Sequence record: MZ726791.1
DNA length: 64,000 nucleotides
From: Escherichia phage vB_EcoM_ASO1A
Direction: 5' to 3' (one strand)
The translations under genes and the position numbers were made by a program. The notes under the pieces were generated by a model that did no database searches, was not told where the DNA came from, and worked only from the letters and a program-made list of their open reading frames with translations. Below are positions 15,983-34,350 of this stretch, piece after piece. The stretch's first letter is position 1. Each line of letters begins with the position of its first letter.

Positions 15983-16380
15983 GACTCTTAAACAGACACA
16001 GCTTTGTAGTAAAGCGTAAAGTCTCTGAAGACGGTTATTATAATGATGATGGTGATTGGGTAGCTTCACAAGATATTGTAGAGGTTAACTGTAAAGGTAA
16101 TATCCAGCCATATATCAAAGGTTCTGTAAAGAATGGTACACAGATTGCTTTACCGGAAGGTATTAGACTAACCGATACAAGAATCCTGTATACTACATAT
16201 AAACTTAGAACTTCAGATGATGTAGAGTGGAATGAGTCTGATATTGTTATGATTGATGGTCATGAGTATGAAGTATTTATGACTATGGATTGGTCACAGC
16301 AATTAGCCCATACATCCCATTATGAATATATCATTATTAGAAGGGATAAAATGAATGCAGTTAGAAACAGCAGAACTTGA
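15979..16380 (+). CDS. hypothetical neck/tail completion protein
   Basis: 133 aa, translationally coupled. Confidence 0.4.
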   Translation: MRLLNRHSFVVKRKVSEDGYYNDDGDWVASQDIVEVNCKGNIQPYIKGSVKNGTQIALPEGIRLTDTRILYTTYKLRTSDDVEWNESDIVMIDGHEYEVFMTMDWSQQLAHTSHYEYIIIRRDKMNAVRNSRT

Positions 16381-16954
16381 AAAAGGTCTAGTTAGAACCT
16401 TAGTGGATGTTATTGGTCACAGATTAGCTCGTGATAAAAATAATAGACCAAACGTAATTAGAGCTTACCCTTCTGATAACTCAAATGACAAAGGTTTAAA
16501 ACCTGACCAGCCATTTATTACCGTATATTGTCAAGATGCTGCAACACCTTATGGTTGGGTTCTTGATAAGTTTGTTGAAGATGATGTAGTTTGTTACAGA
16601 ATTGCTTTTCAGATTCCTGTATTAATTACGGTAAATGGTAAAGGTGCTCACAGTATTATGCTTGAGCTTAAACAAAGATTAGAGATGAGTTCAGTCAGAG
16701 ATTTAATCCTTGAAGAAACAGGAGCTACAGTATTAGACACTGGAGCAATCCCTAACGATTACACTTATCTCAATACAGATTTCGAAAATTCTGCGCCTCT
16801 TGTTGTAACTCTTGTAAAAAACTCAGTCCTGAAAGATGAACGTGGAAGTATTATTGAGCGTGTCATTGTTGATGGTGAGTTGGTTTATGAAGAAGGGCAA
16901 GAGCCACCAGAATATACTATCCATCTAGATGTAGACTCCAAAGGGGTAAAATAA
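16355..16954 (+). CDS. hypothetical neck/tail completion protein
   Basis: 199 aa, overlaps upstream gene. Confidence 0.4.
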   Translation: MQLETAELEKGLVRTLVDVIGHRLARDKNNRPNVIRAYPSDNSNDKGLKPDQPFITVYCQDAATPYGWVLDKFVEDDVVCYRIAFQIPVLITVNGKGAHSIMLELKQRLEMSSVRDLILEETGATVLDTGAIPNDYTYLNTDFENSAPLVVTLVKNSVLKDERGSIIERVIVDGELVYEEGQEPPEYTIHLDVDSKGVK

Positions 16955-18307
16955 ATGTGGAATCCAATTGTTAATGTAGATATTACATTGAACACCGCAG
17001 GAACTACAAGAGAAGGTTTTGGTTTGCCACTATTCTTAGCTTCAACAGATAACTTTGAAGAAAGAGTGCGTGGTTATACTTCCTTAACTGAAGTTGCTGA
17101 AGATTTCGATGAGAATACTGCTGCATATAAGGCTGCTAAACAACTTTGGAGTCAGACTCCTAAAGTAACTCAGCTTTATATTGGTAGACGCGCTATGCAG
17201 TACACTGTATCAATTCCTGATGAGGTTACTGAGAGCACGGACTACTCAATTACTGTAGCTGTCGGTGGGGGAATGTCACAACCATTCCAGTACACCTCAC
17301 AAGGTGAAGATACTGCCGAGAATGTATTACAACAGTTTAAAACACAGATTGAAGCTGACCAATCAATTAAAGATAAAGTTTCAGTCAATGTTACTGGTAG
17401 CAACGGTTCTGCCACAATGGTCATCTCCAAAGCTGGTGACAATGATTTCGTGAAGGTAACCACTACAGCACAAACTGTGTCTATTGCAAGCACAACTGCT
17501 GATACAGCGTCAACTGCTCTGGCAGCTATTGAAGCTTATTCTACCGACTGGTATTTCATTGCAGCAGAAGACAGAACTCAACAGTTTGTTTTGGCAATGG
17601 CTTCTGAGATTCAGGCTCGTAAGAAAATCTTCTTCACAGCTAACTCTGATGTAGCAGCACTGCAAGGTACAGAATTAAATAGTGCAAATGATGTTCCAGC
17701 ACAGCTTGCTAAGAGTATGTATACTCGCACAGTTTGCTTGTGGCATCACACAGCGGCAGAAGATTATCCAGAGATGGCATATATTGCTTATGGCGCTCCA
17801 TACGATGCAGGGTCAATTGCTTGGGGTAATGCTCAGTTGACTGGTGTAGCTGCTTCTTTACAGCCAGCTAATAAGAGACCTCTGACAAGCATTCAGAAGT
17901 CAGCTTTAGATGTACGTCACTGTAACTTTATCGACCTTGATGGTGGTGTTCCAGTGGTTCGTAGAGGGATTACTTCTGGTGGGGAATGGATTGATATCGT
18001 CCGTGGTGTTGACTGGTTAGAATCAGACCTGAAAACTTCTCTGAGAGACTTGCTAATTAACCAGAAGGGTGGTAAGATTACTTATGATGATACTGGTATT
18101 ACCCGTATTCGTCAAGTCATTGAAACCTCTCTACAAAGAGCAGTCAACAGAAACTTCCTGTCATCTTACACAGTTAATGTTCCTAAAGCCTCTCAAGTTG
18201 CTTTGGCAGACAAGAAAGCTCGTATCCTGAAAGATGTTACCTTCGCAGGTATCTTAGCAGGGGCTATCTTGGATGTTGACTTGAAAGGTACAGTGGCTTA
18301 CGAATAA
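16955..18307 (+). CDS. tail sheath protein (putative)
   Basis: 450 aa, AAAGGGG SD; followed by a ~150 aa gene, chaperone-like genes and tape measure. Confidence 0.55.
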   Translation: MWNPIVNVDITLNTAGTTREGFGLPLFLASTDNFEERVRGYTSLTEVAEDFDENTAAYKAAKQLWSQTPKVTQLYIGRRAMQYTVSIPDEVTESTDYSITVAVGGGMSQPFQYTSQGEDTAENVLQQFKTQIEADQSIKDKVSVNVTGSNGSATMVISKAGDNDFVKVTTTAQTVSIASTTADTASTALAAIEAYSTDWYFIAAEDRTQQFVLAMASEIQARKKIFFTANSDVAALQGTELNSANDVPAQLAKSMYTRTVCLWHHTAAEDYPEMAYIAYGAPYDAGSIAWGNAQLTGVAASLQPANKRPLTSIQKSALDVRHCNFIDLDGGVPVVRRGITSGGEWIDIVRGVDWLESDLKTSLRDLLINQKGGKITYDDTGITRIRQVIETSLQRAVNRNFLSSYTVNVPKASQVALADKKARILKDVTFAGILAGAILDVDLKGTVAYE

Positions 18308-18322
18308 TAGAGGTAAATTGGA

Positions 18323-18769
18323 ATGGCTATGTATCAGCAATATTCCCCTAAAGACGTTGTATGTAGCTGGAATGGTATTGCCATTGAAGGCTTTGCCCCA
18401 GACTCATTTTTACGTCTACAGAGAACATCACCACTTATCACACCAGTTGTAGGTGCAGGTGGTCAGGTTGCTCTGACAAGAAATGCAGACAAGACAGGTA
18501 CTATTGAGATTGAGCTAATGCAGACTTCTCTCTCTAACCAGATGCTTTCTGCAATTCAAGCTAAACAAGACAACATGGAACTTGAAGAAGATATCTCTTC
18601 TAACTTCGTAATCTACGACCCATCAGGCTCTGTTCTGGCAACTGGTATTAATGCTTGGTTGCAGGAATTACCACAGATTGAACTTGGGCGTGACCAGAAC
18701 TCTAAAACTTGGATTTTTGGTTGTGAGAAGCTAGACTATACTTCAACAATTCCAGCGTCAAGTGTTTAA
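18323..18769 (+). CDS. tail tube protein (putative)
   Basis: 148 aa, follows sheath-like gene; terminator hairpin downstream. Confidence 0.5.
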   Translation: MAMYQQYSPKDVVCSWNGIAIEGFAPDSFLRLQRTSPLITPVVGAGGQVALTRNADKTGTIEIELMQTSLSNQMLSAIQAKQDNMELEEDISSNFVIYDPSGSVLATGINAWLQELPQIELGRDQNSKTWIFGCEKLDYTSTIPASSV

Positions 18770-18782
18770 TAAATCCTATAAG

Positions 18783-18812
18783 GGGGAGACTTTAAAAGGT
18801 CTTCCCCTTTTT
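18783..18812 (+). terminator. rho-independent terminator (GGGGAGAC ... GTCTTCCCC + T-run)
   Basis: Read directly. Confidence 0.6.
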
Positions 18813-18841
18813 TGTTTCTTTTAAAGTATTAAGGAATCACA

Positions 18842-19240
18842 ATGAAAACAGAATCTAGAGTAATTAATGGTAAGAAAGTAAATATCGTTCTGCTTGGGGC
18901 AAGAGATGGTATTAAGATGTCTATGAAGTTGGGTAAAATTGTTGTTCCAACCTTTGCACAGATGCTATCAAGTCTGACTGATAAAGATAAGAAAGAAGCT
19001 CCAATGGTTCCATTTAAAGACCTTGTTGAAGCTTGTTTTGACAGAATTGAAGAAATTAACCTTGAAGAGATGGCTACCTTATTATTTCAAGGGGCAACTG
19101 TTGACGACTTCCCACTTAATATTGATACGTACTTCCAAGCAAACTACGGTGAGTTTATTGATTACTTAGCATTTGCGCTGGAGGCAAACTTCGGAAGTTT
19201 TTTCGAAGCAAGCATTTTCAAAAGCCTAACTTCTCAGTAA
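18842..19240 (+). CDS. tail assembly chaperone (putative)
   Basis: 132 aa directly upstream of tape measure gene. Confidence 0.45.
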   Translation: MKTESRVINGKKVNIVLLGARDGIKMSMKLGKIVVPTFAQMLSSLTDKDKKEAPMVPFKDLVEACFDRIEEINLEEMATLLFQGATVDDFPLNIDTYFQANYGEFIDYLAFALEANFGSFFEASIFKSLTSQ

Positions 19241-19242
19241 AC

Positions 19243-19481
19243 ATGGGTAACACTCTACAGACACCACTAACTGATGCTGCTGTAGAGGCAACCTATGAAG
19301 AAGCAGACGAGATGAAATTTGTGCTTGCTATTTATGGTATGGAAGGGTGTAAAGAAACACTTGACCAACTCTTTGCTATGACATTCTCTGATTTATTATC
19401 ATTGAGACAATTTCTTGAGATTCAGAGGTCGTATAAAGAGGAAATTGCTTACAACGAACTTAGAAGAGCAGGAAAAATGTA

Positions 19482-19482
<1 letters not shown>
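19243..19482 (+). CDS. tail assembly chaperone (putative)
   Basis: 79 aa, stop overlaps tape measure start. Confidence 0.4.
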
Positions 19483-27498
<8,016 letters not shown>

Positions 27499-27500
27499 TA

Positions 27501-28673
27501 ATGGCAGTAGGTGAAATTCAAATTAGTGCCTTGCCTCAAGCAGCCTTACCAATTGACCTTAGTGATATCTTCCATCTTAAGCAGGGTATTGAGGATAAGA
27601 GGTGTACTCTTGAGCAATTACTTGCTCCACACGCAAGCCTAAGAAATAACCCTCATGGTGTTACTAAAACACAAATTGGTTTAGATAATGTTATTAATGC
27701 TCTTCAGTTAGTCGCTGCAAATAACTTATCAGATATTGTTAATGTAGCTGAGGCAAGAGCAAATCTACAGATTATGTCTTCAGAAGAGGTTAATAACCTT
27801 GTCCAGCAACATATCAAGGACAAGAGTAACCCACACAATACAACTAAGGCACAGGTTGGTTTAAGTAATGTTCAGAACTGGACAACATCTAATCTGTATA
27901 ACGAAGATGCAGATAAGTATGCTACAGCAAGAGCAGTAAATAACTTGTACAAGGCTGTTCAGGCTTCTTATCCAGTAGGTACTATCCATCTTTCTATGAA
28001 CTCTGCAAACCCTTCTACATACTTAATTTGTGGAGGTACTTGGGAGTTAGTTTCAAAAGGTAGGGCATTGGTTGGCTATGACTCTGATACAAGACCAGCA
28101 GGTTCTGTATTTGGTGCTTCAACTGTCACTTTGTCAGTTAATAACATGCCTCAACACTCCCACTCTGTGTCTCTTAGCGGTGGTGGTCACACTCATAATG
28201 CAACTGTGTCAATCTCAGTTTTTGATTATGGGGCTAAGACTACAAACTCTTTTGACTATGGGACAAAAGCTACTAACACAACTGGTAACCATACACACAG
28301 TGTGTCAGGTAACACAAGCACCAATGGTACTCACAACCATGATGTGTATCCTAGAGAAAATGATGGTACTGGTAATGCTGTAGCTGACTCTGATGGTGGT
28401 GGTGCAAGAAGGACATCAAGGACTTCTAGTGACGGTGCGCACTCACACAGCTTTAACGTCACATCTGGTGCATCAGGTGACCACAGCCACACGGTTGGTA
28501 TTGGTGCTCACAGCCATACAGTTGGTATTGGTTCACACACGCACAGTGGCACTGTAACAGTTTCTTCTTCTGAACATACACATAGTGGTAATACAAATAG
28601 TGTTGGTGGAGGTCAGGCAGTTAATATTGAGCAGCCATCCTTCGTACTGTATGTATGGCAGAGAACAGCTTAA
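27501..28673 (+). CDS. tail fibre protein with His-x-His repeat tip
   Basis: 390 aa; repeated HSHSV/HTHS/HSHTVGIGAHSHTVGIGSHTHSG motifs; C-terminus ends ...WQRTA like next gene. Confidence 0.7.
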   Translation: MAVGEIQISALPQAALPIDLSDIFHLKQGIEDKRCTLEQLLAPHASLRNNPHGVTKTQIGLDNVINALQLVAANNLSDIVNVAEARANLQIMSSEEVNNLVQQHIKDKSNPHNTTKAQVGLSNVQNWTTSNLYNEDADKYATARAVNNLYKAVQASYPVGTIHLSMNSANPSTYLICGGTWELVSKGRALVGYDSDTRPAGSVFGASTVTLSVNNMPQHSHSVSLSGGGHTHNATVSISVFDYGAKTTNSFDYGTKATNTTGNHTHSVSGNTSTNGTHNHDVYPRENDGTGNAVADSDGGGARRTSRTSSDGAHSHSFNVTSGASGDHSHTVGIGAHSHTVGIGSHTHSGTVTVSSSEHTHSGNTNSVGGGQAVNIEQPSFVLYVWQRTA

Positions 28674-28683
28674 TTTCTTTACA

Positions 28684-28706
28684 GGGGCTATAAAGCCCCT
28701 TTTAAG
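28684..28706 (+). terminator. terminator/attenuator hairpin between the two tail fibre genes (GGGGCT/AGCCCC + TTTT)
   Basis: Read directly. Confidence 0.4.
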
Positions 28707-28719
28707 AGGAAAATATATA

Positions 28720-31074
28720 ATGGCAGATTACAAGTTGAGTGAATTAAACTCAATCGATACAATCCGTTCAGATGACCTTCTTCATGTCAGGGTTAAAAAG
28801 AGACCTGAAATGTTGGGTGATGAAGACCGTCGAATGACCTATCAAGATTTCTTAGCATCTTTCAAGCTTGAAAGATTTGTTCAGATTGCTGGTAGTACTA
28901 TGACGGGTGACTTAGGGATTGTTAAGTTACTCTATGGTGGCAAGGCAGTATTTGACCCAACAGGTTCTTCTGAGATTACTATTGGGGATGTTTTAAAGAC
29001 TTTTAAAATCAACGCAAATGGCCTTAAACTAACTATCGCAGATGCTTCAAGGTCAGCAACTGTTTATCATACTCTGAATAAACCAAGCCCTAATGAACTT
29101 GGTATGAGAACTAATAAAGAGAATGATGCAAGATACTCAAAATTAGCTGTAAATAATACCTTTAGAGGTACTCAAGCTATCCTCTCTGACAATGAAGCGC
29201 TCATTATTAAAAATATCACTCAAGGTGCCCCACTCTATCTTCGTGGTCAAGATGCAGATGGTACTAACAGATGGTATCTAGGTAATGATAATAGGGGCAC
29301 AAATAATCTTGTATTGAAGAATGTAAAGTCTGACGTTTCAATTGCTATTTTAGAGAATTTGGTGACAGTCAACAGAACTCTTCAAATTGCTGGCCAAGTT
29401 CAGCCTTCAAGTTTTGCTAACTTAGATGCTAGGTATTTTACCCAGACAGCAGCTAATCAGAGATTTGCGCAGTTAGCTGGTAATAACACTTTTACTGGTA
29501 CTAACACTTTCTCTAATTTTGTTGCTAAGAAGAATGCTGAAGCCATCACTCTACAAAATGTGGACACTGCCCCCTCTTTATATATTCGAGCAAGAAAGTC
29601 AGATGGGAATTATAAGTGGTACATTGGTAATGACGGTGATGAGAACATTTTAAAAATCTATAACTATCTAACAAAAACACAAGTCTCACTAGGTAACACT
29701 ATTGCCATGAGCAAAACAGTTCAAATTGATGGTCAAGTACAACCTTCTGATTGGACTAACATTGATTCTAGATATATTCCGGCAGCCACTTTGAGTAATC
29801 TCCCTAAACTTAATGTGTCTAATACTTTCACAAATGTGCAAACTATTGTATCTAACAACGAGGGTTTGGTATTAAGGAACTTGACACAGGGGCGGCCACT
29901 ATATATCCGTGGTGTTGATACTGAGAATGTTTCTAGATGGTGGTTAGGTGTAGGTGGTTCAAACTCTAATGTGGTAACACTTAACAACAACTATTCTAAC
30001 ACTAAAATCTCACTTGGTGGCTCATCAGTAATGACTAACAAGAGCTTAGCTATTACTGGTCAAGTACAACCTTCTGACTTCTCTAACTTAGATGCTAGAT
30101 ACTATACCCAAGCTGCCGCAAACGCAAGATATATGCTTGCAAGCATCACTGGTTCGGCTTCTGAAGCAGATGGTGGTGGTGGTGTTGCATGGGATGCAAA
30201 AACAGGTCTTTATAAGGTTACTAACACCACTGGACGGTATTCTTCACTTGTATATCACATGTTTTTAGGGACTGGTTCTACACCGTCTGCACAATTAAAG
30301 TTTTCGTTTAAAAATGGTGGGATGTGGTATAGAGCATCAAGAGATGCCTATGGCTTCGAAGTTAATTGGTCTAAAGTTTACACGGAAGCACAAAAACCAA
30401 CCCCTTCAGAGATTGGTGCATACACTAAAGCTGAAACTGACCAGAAAATTGCAACAGCAATTAGTGACTCTACAGACCTTAATAAAATCTATCCAGTAGG
30501 TATTGTAACGTGGTTTAACAGTAATGTTGACCCTAACACAGCACTACCTGGGTTAACTTGGACGTACCTGAATAATGGTGTTGGTAGAACTATCAGAATC
30601 GCAGCAGCAAACGGTTCAGATGTTGCTACAACTGGTGGTTCAGACTCTGTGACGTTAGCTGTTGGAAACTTACCATCACATACCCATAGTTTCTCTGCTA
30701 CCACTTCATCTTTTGATTATGGTACGAAGAACACTAATAGTACTGGTGCGCACACTCACTCAGTTAGTGGTACTGCTGCAACTTCTGGGCAACACGCACA
30801 CAGAATTTCACAGGGTGACAACGCTAACGTTCCATCAGGTAGGGTCGCATCTTCGAACTCTGCTCAGACTCATGTTGGATGGACTGAAAATGATGGTGCT
30901 CACACCCACTCAGTTAGTGGTACTGCTGCATCTGCTGGGCAACATGCTCACTCTGTAGGCATTGGTGCTCACAGGCACACAGTCAGTGGTAACACTGGTG
31001 GTACAGGTTCTGGGTCAGCATTTAGTGTTACTAACCAGTTCTATAAGTTAATGGCTTGGGTGAGAACTGCTTAA
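28720..31074 (+). CDS. long tail fibre protein with three tandem ~110 aa repeats and HxH-rich tip
   Basis: Track ORF 28585 trimmed to ATG Met46 (AGAGGAAAA SD); repeats containing GQVQPS; HTHS/HAHS motifs; ends ...WVRTA. Confidence 0.7.
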   Translation: MADYKLSELNSIDTIRSDDLLHVRVKKRPEMLGDEDRRMTYQDFLASFKLERFVQIAGSTMTGDLGIVKLLYGGKAVFDPTGSSEITIGDVLKTFKINANGLKLTIADASRSATVYHTLNKPSPNELGMRTNKENDARYSKLAVNNTFRGTQAILSDNEALIIKNITQGAPLYLRGQDADGTNRWYLGNDNRGTNNLVLKNVKSDVSIAILENLVTVNRTLQIAGQVQPSSFANLDARYFTQTAANQRFAQLAGNNTFTGTNTFSNFVAKKNAEAITLQNVDTAPSLYIRARKSDGNYKWYIGNDGDENILKIYNYLTKTQVSLGNTIAMSKTVQIDGQVQPSDWTNIDSRYIPAATLSNLPKLNVSNTFTNVQTIVSNNEGLVLRNLTQGRPLYIRGVDTENVSRWWLGVGGSNSNVVTLNNNYSNTKISLGGSSVMTNKSLAITGQVQPSDFSNLDARYYTQAAANARYMLASITGSASEADGGGGVAWDAKTGLYKVTNTTGRYSSLVYHMFLGTGSTPSAQLKFSFKNGGMWYRASRDAYGFEVNWSKVYTEAQKPTPSEIGAYTKAETDQKIATAISDSTDLNKIYPVGIVTWFNSNVDPNTALPGLTWTYLNNGVGRTIRIAAANGSDVATTGGSDSVTLAVGNLPSHTHSFSATTSSFDYGTKNTNSTGAHTHSVSGTAATSGQHAHRISQGDNANVPSGRVASSNSAQTHVGWTENDGAHTHSVSGTAASAGQHAHSVGIGAHRHTVSGNTGGTGSGSAFSVTNQFYKLMAWVRTA

Positions 31075-31153
31075 TCCCTTGTTGACTGATTGTTAAGATG
31101 GTGTTAATATTCTTTATGGGTATTCTCACCATCTTGGCTGATGAGGTGATTAA

Positions 31154-31348
31154 ATGCCTACAATCCTAGCAATTCTTCTAAAAAATCTAGGTAGCTTCTT
31201 CTGGAAACTCATTTTATCCCTTCTAAGTGAATACATGATTGAGAAAGTGTTCTTTAAGCTTGCAAGATACCTTGCGAGTAAAACAGACACACCTATTGAT
31301 GATGAGTTCGTAGATAACTTAGAAAAAGCTTTTAAGGGGGAGAAATAA
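31154..31348 (+). CDS. small hydrophobic protein (holin-like?)
   Basis: 64 aa, GAGGTGA SD, N-terminal hydrophobic segment. Confidence 0.4.
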   Translation: MPTILAILLKNLGSFFWKLILSLLSEYMIEKVFFKLARYLASKTDTPIDDEFVDNLEKAFKGEK

Positions 31349-31720
31349 ATGAAGTGGCTAGAGGAAGCTTTTAAAAATAATATTGGTGCAATTGTAGTTG
31401 GTATTTTTAGTGTTATTGGGATGTATACCACGATGCAAGTTTCAAGTGGTAAACAAGAAGTGTCTGTCACAACAAAGTTACAGCAGTTGGATAATTATTC
31501 CAAAAGTAACTATTCAGCTATTCGTGATTTACAGTCTGACATGAGACTGATTCAGCTAGGGATGGAGAACCAGAAAGTTCAGTTAGAGAATGTTAAGGGT
31601 GAAAACGCAAAACTTACCAAAACTCTTGATAAATTCTCTGACAGTGTGAACAATCTGGCTCAATCAGTATCAGCCCTCCAAGCTATTACTGAGAAGAACA
31701 CAAAGAATACTGAAAAATAA
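31349..31720 (+). CDS. membrane-anchored coiled-coil protein (spanin-like?)
   Basis: 123 aa; N-terminal hydrophobic helix then coiled-coil; AAGGGGGAG SD. Confidence 0.4.
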   Translation: MKWLEEAFKNNIGAIVVGIFSVIGMYTTMQVSSGKQEVSVTTKLQQLDNYSKSNYSAIRDLQSDMRLIQLGMENQKVQLENVKGENAKLTKTLDKFSDSVNNLAQSVSALQAITEKNTKNTEK

Positions 31721-31726
31721 AGTTTA

Positions 31727-31760
31727 AGGCTCCTTTTTACGGGAGCCTTTTTTGTTTTAC
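31727..31760. terminator. bidirectional rho-independent terminator at convergent gene boundary
   Basis: GGCTCC ... GGAGCC hairpin flanked by T-runs on both strands. Confidence 0.6.
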
Positions 31761-32656
31761 TTACCTACTGACAGAGGTGCTTCAATCTTCCCTGCATGTT
31801 GGTAGTTGTTAATGCCACCAATAAAATCACTTGCAGTAAGGTGTTTTAAATCACTTAGAGTGTTAAGCTGCACACCAATCTCAAAAGTAGGTGCATGGAA
31901 CTCTTCATTATTCATCAGTTCATAAACCTGTTTCATATGGTTCTGATAAATCTGAGTATCTCCAAAGACGCCTATCAAGTACCGTGGAGTGTATCCAGTC
32001 ATCTTGCAAAGAACTTCCAGAATAAAACCATAAGATGCAATGTTAAATGGAAGTCCTAAAAAGGTGTCTACAGAACGTTGATACCATTGTAAGTCAACTT
32101 CACCTTCGTTAGTGATATAAATCTGAAACAGAACATGACAAGGTGCTAAAGCCATTGAGTTAGCTGCAATATCTGCTGCATTCCAAGCATTAACAAGCAT
32201 GTAACGGTCTGTGATATCACCTTTCATCTTCGTTACTAAGGTCTCTAACTGGTCTACAACACAACCATTATGACCTTCAAAGTTTCTCCACTGAACCCCG
32301 TAGATTCTCCCACCTGCATCCTCTAACCAGTCTTGTTCAGAAGAATAGTTAGAGCTTAACCAGCGTTTAAAATCATCTGACCAGATAGTCCAACGTTCTC
32401 CATCATTTTCACCCCAAGTGCGATAACGGAGTTCACCAAGCTTATTCTCGCCATTCAGGAACCATAAAGCTTCCCCAATAACTTGCCGTGTAAACACCTG
32501 TTTAGATGTTAAGAGCGGGAAACCAGTTCGCATATCAAAACGAAACTGAGGTGGAGCAAATGCAGAGATAACATCTCCAGTTCGTGTAGTACGCAGTTCA
32601 CCAACGGATAAAACATGGTTCAGGATATTTTTGTAACTTGAATCTGCTTGTGACAT
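31757..32656 (-). CDS. thyA: thymidylate synthase
   Basis: ThyA motifs ALAPCH, YQRSVDTFLGLPFNIASY, GDTQIYQNH (Asn retained); adjacent DHFR. Confidence 0.85.
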   Translation of the reverse strand: MSQADSSYKNILNHVLSVGELRTTRTGDVISAFAPPQFRFDMRTGFPLLTSKQVFTRQVIGEALWFLNGENKLGELRYRTWGENDGERWTIWSDDFKRWLSSNYSSEQDWLEDAGGRIYGVQWRNFEGHNGCVVDQLETLVTKMKGDITDRYMLVNAWNAADIAANSMALAPCHVLFQIYITNEGEVDLQWYQRSVDTFLGLPFNIASYGFILEVLCKMTGYTPRYLIGVFGDTQIYQNHMKQVYELMNNEEFHAPTFEIGVQLNTLSDLKHLTASDFIGGINNYQHAGKIEAPLSVGK

Positions 32657-32657
32657 A

Positions 32658-33203
32658 TCAAAAGTGTCCTTTTACTTGTGGAACATAGATTTCAAAGGTT
32701 GCTTTACCATCTACTGATGGTTTTGACTGAATCTTAGCGAAAATTTGACGGTCATGCAACTTATCAAAGAAATTCTCAAAAGGTAGATGCACAGTTGCCT
32801 CTTCAGTAACTTCATGGAAAACTGTATGGAACACTACATCAGCATACGGTAAAGCACTGACAAGAATACCTACACCACCAATTACGAAGACGTCTTCTTC
32901 AATATTACTATCAAGATACTTTAAAAATGCTCCAAAAGAATCTTGATGAGCCTTAGCAAACATAACATCATCTTTGGTGAAGTCCATACCATAATAAGGC
33001 ACAGAATTTGTTAAGATGAGGTTTGTACGTTCTGGTAAAGGTTTACTGCCCAGAGTCTTATAAGTCTCGTTACCCATAACTACTAAGTTGTCTTTAGTAA
33101 GTCTCTTAAACTCTTGCATATCCTGTTTATGTCGAGGCCACGGCATACCAGTTGGAGTACCAAACTCCCCATTTTCACCACTTGCAAAGATTAATTTAAT
33201 CAT
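32658..33203 (-). CDS. folA: dihydrofolate reductase
   Basis: 181 aa; N-terminal GMPWPRHKQDMQEFKRLT...VVMGNETYKTLG...PLPER.NLILT pattern. Confidence 0.8.
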   Translation of the reverse strand: MIKLIFASGENGEFGTPTGMPWPRHKQDMQEFKRLTKDNLVVMGNETYKTLGSKPLPERTNLILTNSVPYYGMDFTKDDVMFAKAHQDSFGAFLKYLDSNIEEDVFVIGGVGILVSALPYADVVFHTVFHEVTEEATVHLPFENFFDKLHDRQIFAKIQSKPSVDGKATFEIYVPQVKGHF

Positions 33204-33460
33204 TTTGTAAATCCTTTCTTAATAAACCAGTTGATAACATTCTTCACAGCTTTATTGCTATGGTAGATTAAGTGTGGCGTAGGTTGGTATGAACCATAAG
33301 CCCAGAAAGCAATGATTTCATTACATCCTGTACACCTTGTACTCTCTTCAGCAATATGACCGTTGGCTATTTCACTTACCTCACCTTGTAAGTCTGTACA
33401 CCCACAATGTGGACATCGGATAGGTGTTCCATCAGACTCATAGCAGTGTTCAATTTTCAT
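33200..33460 (-). CDS. hypothetical Cys-rich small protein (zinc-ribbon-like)
   Basis: 86 aa with CPHCGC ... CTGC. Confidence 0.5.
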   Translation of the reverse strand: MKIEHCYESDGTPIRCPHCGCTDLQGEVSEIANGHIAEESTRCTGCNEIIAFWAYGSYQPTPHLIYHSNKAVKNVINWFIKKGFTK

Positions 33461-33976
33461 TTATTTAACCTCAAAAACTGGCTCAAGAACCAATATAAAG
33501 TCTACACAGTCATCTTCTTCATCCAGAATACCATCAAAGTTCTTAGGAACGAAGTCGAAGAGGCTCATAACAAAACAGTCAGAAGTGACCTTGATAGTTC
33601 CTCCCATGTTCTCTACAGTCAACACTGTACGACTTTCTTTTACCTCCCTCAGAAGATTACCCACAAAGTCATCTAAGAAGTACTTCATCAGTGACTTAAA
33701 ACCTTTAGGGTAATCTGTACCAGAGTATGTTTCAATCTGAGGCACAAGCTTAACATTTATACTAGTCTTTGTTAAGAACGTGTTAGAGAACATGCTATCA
33801 GGTAACTTACAAACAGTCTTTCCAGTATCTTCATGTTCAATCTCAACAAAACCAGCTTCGTCGCCACATGTAACTATTTTAAAAGATGCTTCATTCTCAT
33901 ACTGTGAAGCCATAAACTTTTTAAGCATCTCTTTAAGGAAATCTGCATGAGCATCTTGTAAGTAGATATCAATCAT
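33461..33976 (-). CDS. hypothetical protein
   Basis: 171 aa ORF in tightly packed operon. Confidence 0.5.
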   Translation of the reverse strand: MIDIYLQDAHADFLKEMLKKFMASQYENEASFKIVTCGDEAGFVEIEHEDTGKTVCKLPDSMFSNTFLTKTSINVKLVPQIETYSGTDYPKGFKSLMKYFLDDFVGNLLREVKESRTVLTVENMGGTIKVTSDCFVMSLFDFVPKNFDGILDEEDDCVDFILVLEPVFEVK

Positions 33977-33989
33977 AGTTAATCACCTA

Positions 33990-34349
33990 TTATGGGAACA
34001 GACACTTGATGTCATCGTTTTTAAAAACAAAACTTGTGTAGTTGTGACCATCAACATCCAGCCAAACAGCCTGAACATCTACACCATCAAGATTTTGGTA
34101 AAGCTCTTTGATGAAGTGGTCTTTTACAATCTTACTGCTAGTTGTTTCCAACTTAATGTTCGAGATTGCTGAACCAACAGCCATATAGCCCATGACACGT
34201 TTCTTCTCAGTATGCTTAATCTTACCATCTTTGTAAGCCATAATGAGATTGGAGAGAATCTTCACACCATAATACTTTTCAAGGTGAGTAGGTGCACCAT
34301 AAAAGCCTAATGCGAAATTTTCAGAGTGGATAATGTTTTCACGTTTCAT
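33990..34349 (-). CDS. hypothetical protein
   Basis: 119 aa ORF. Confidence 0.5.
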   Translation of the reverse strand: MKRENIIHSENFALGFYGAPTHLEKYYGVKILSNLIMAYKDGKIKHTEKKRVMGYMAVGSAISNIKLETTSSKIVKDHFIKELYQNLDGVDVQAVWLDVDGHNYTSFVFKNDDIKCLFP

Positions 34350-34350
34350 A

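Noticed and set aside
31757-32656. Thymidylate synthase homolog acting as a dUMP/dCMP hydroxymethylase (hypermodified bases)
   Set aside because: The substrate-specifying Asn is retained (GDTQIYQNH) and a DHFR gene is immediately adjacent, consistent with a canonical dTMP-producing ThyA-DHFR pair.
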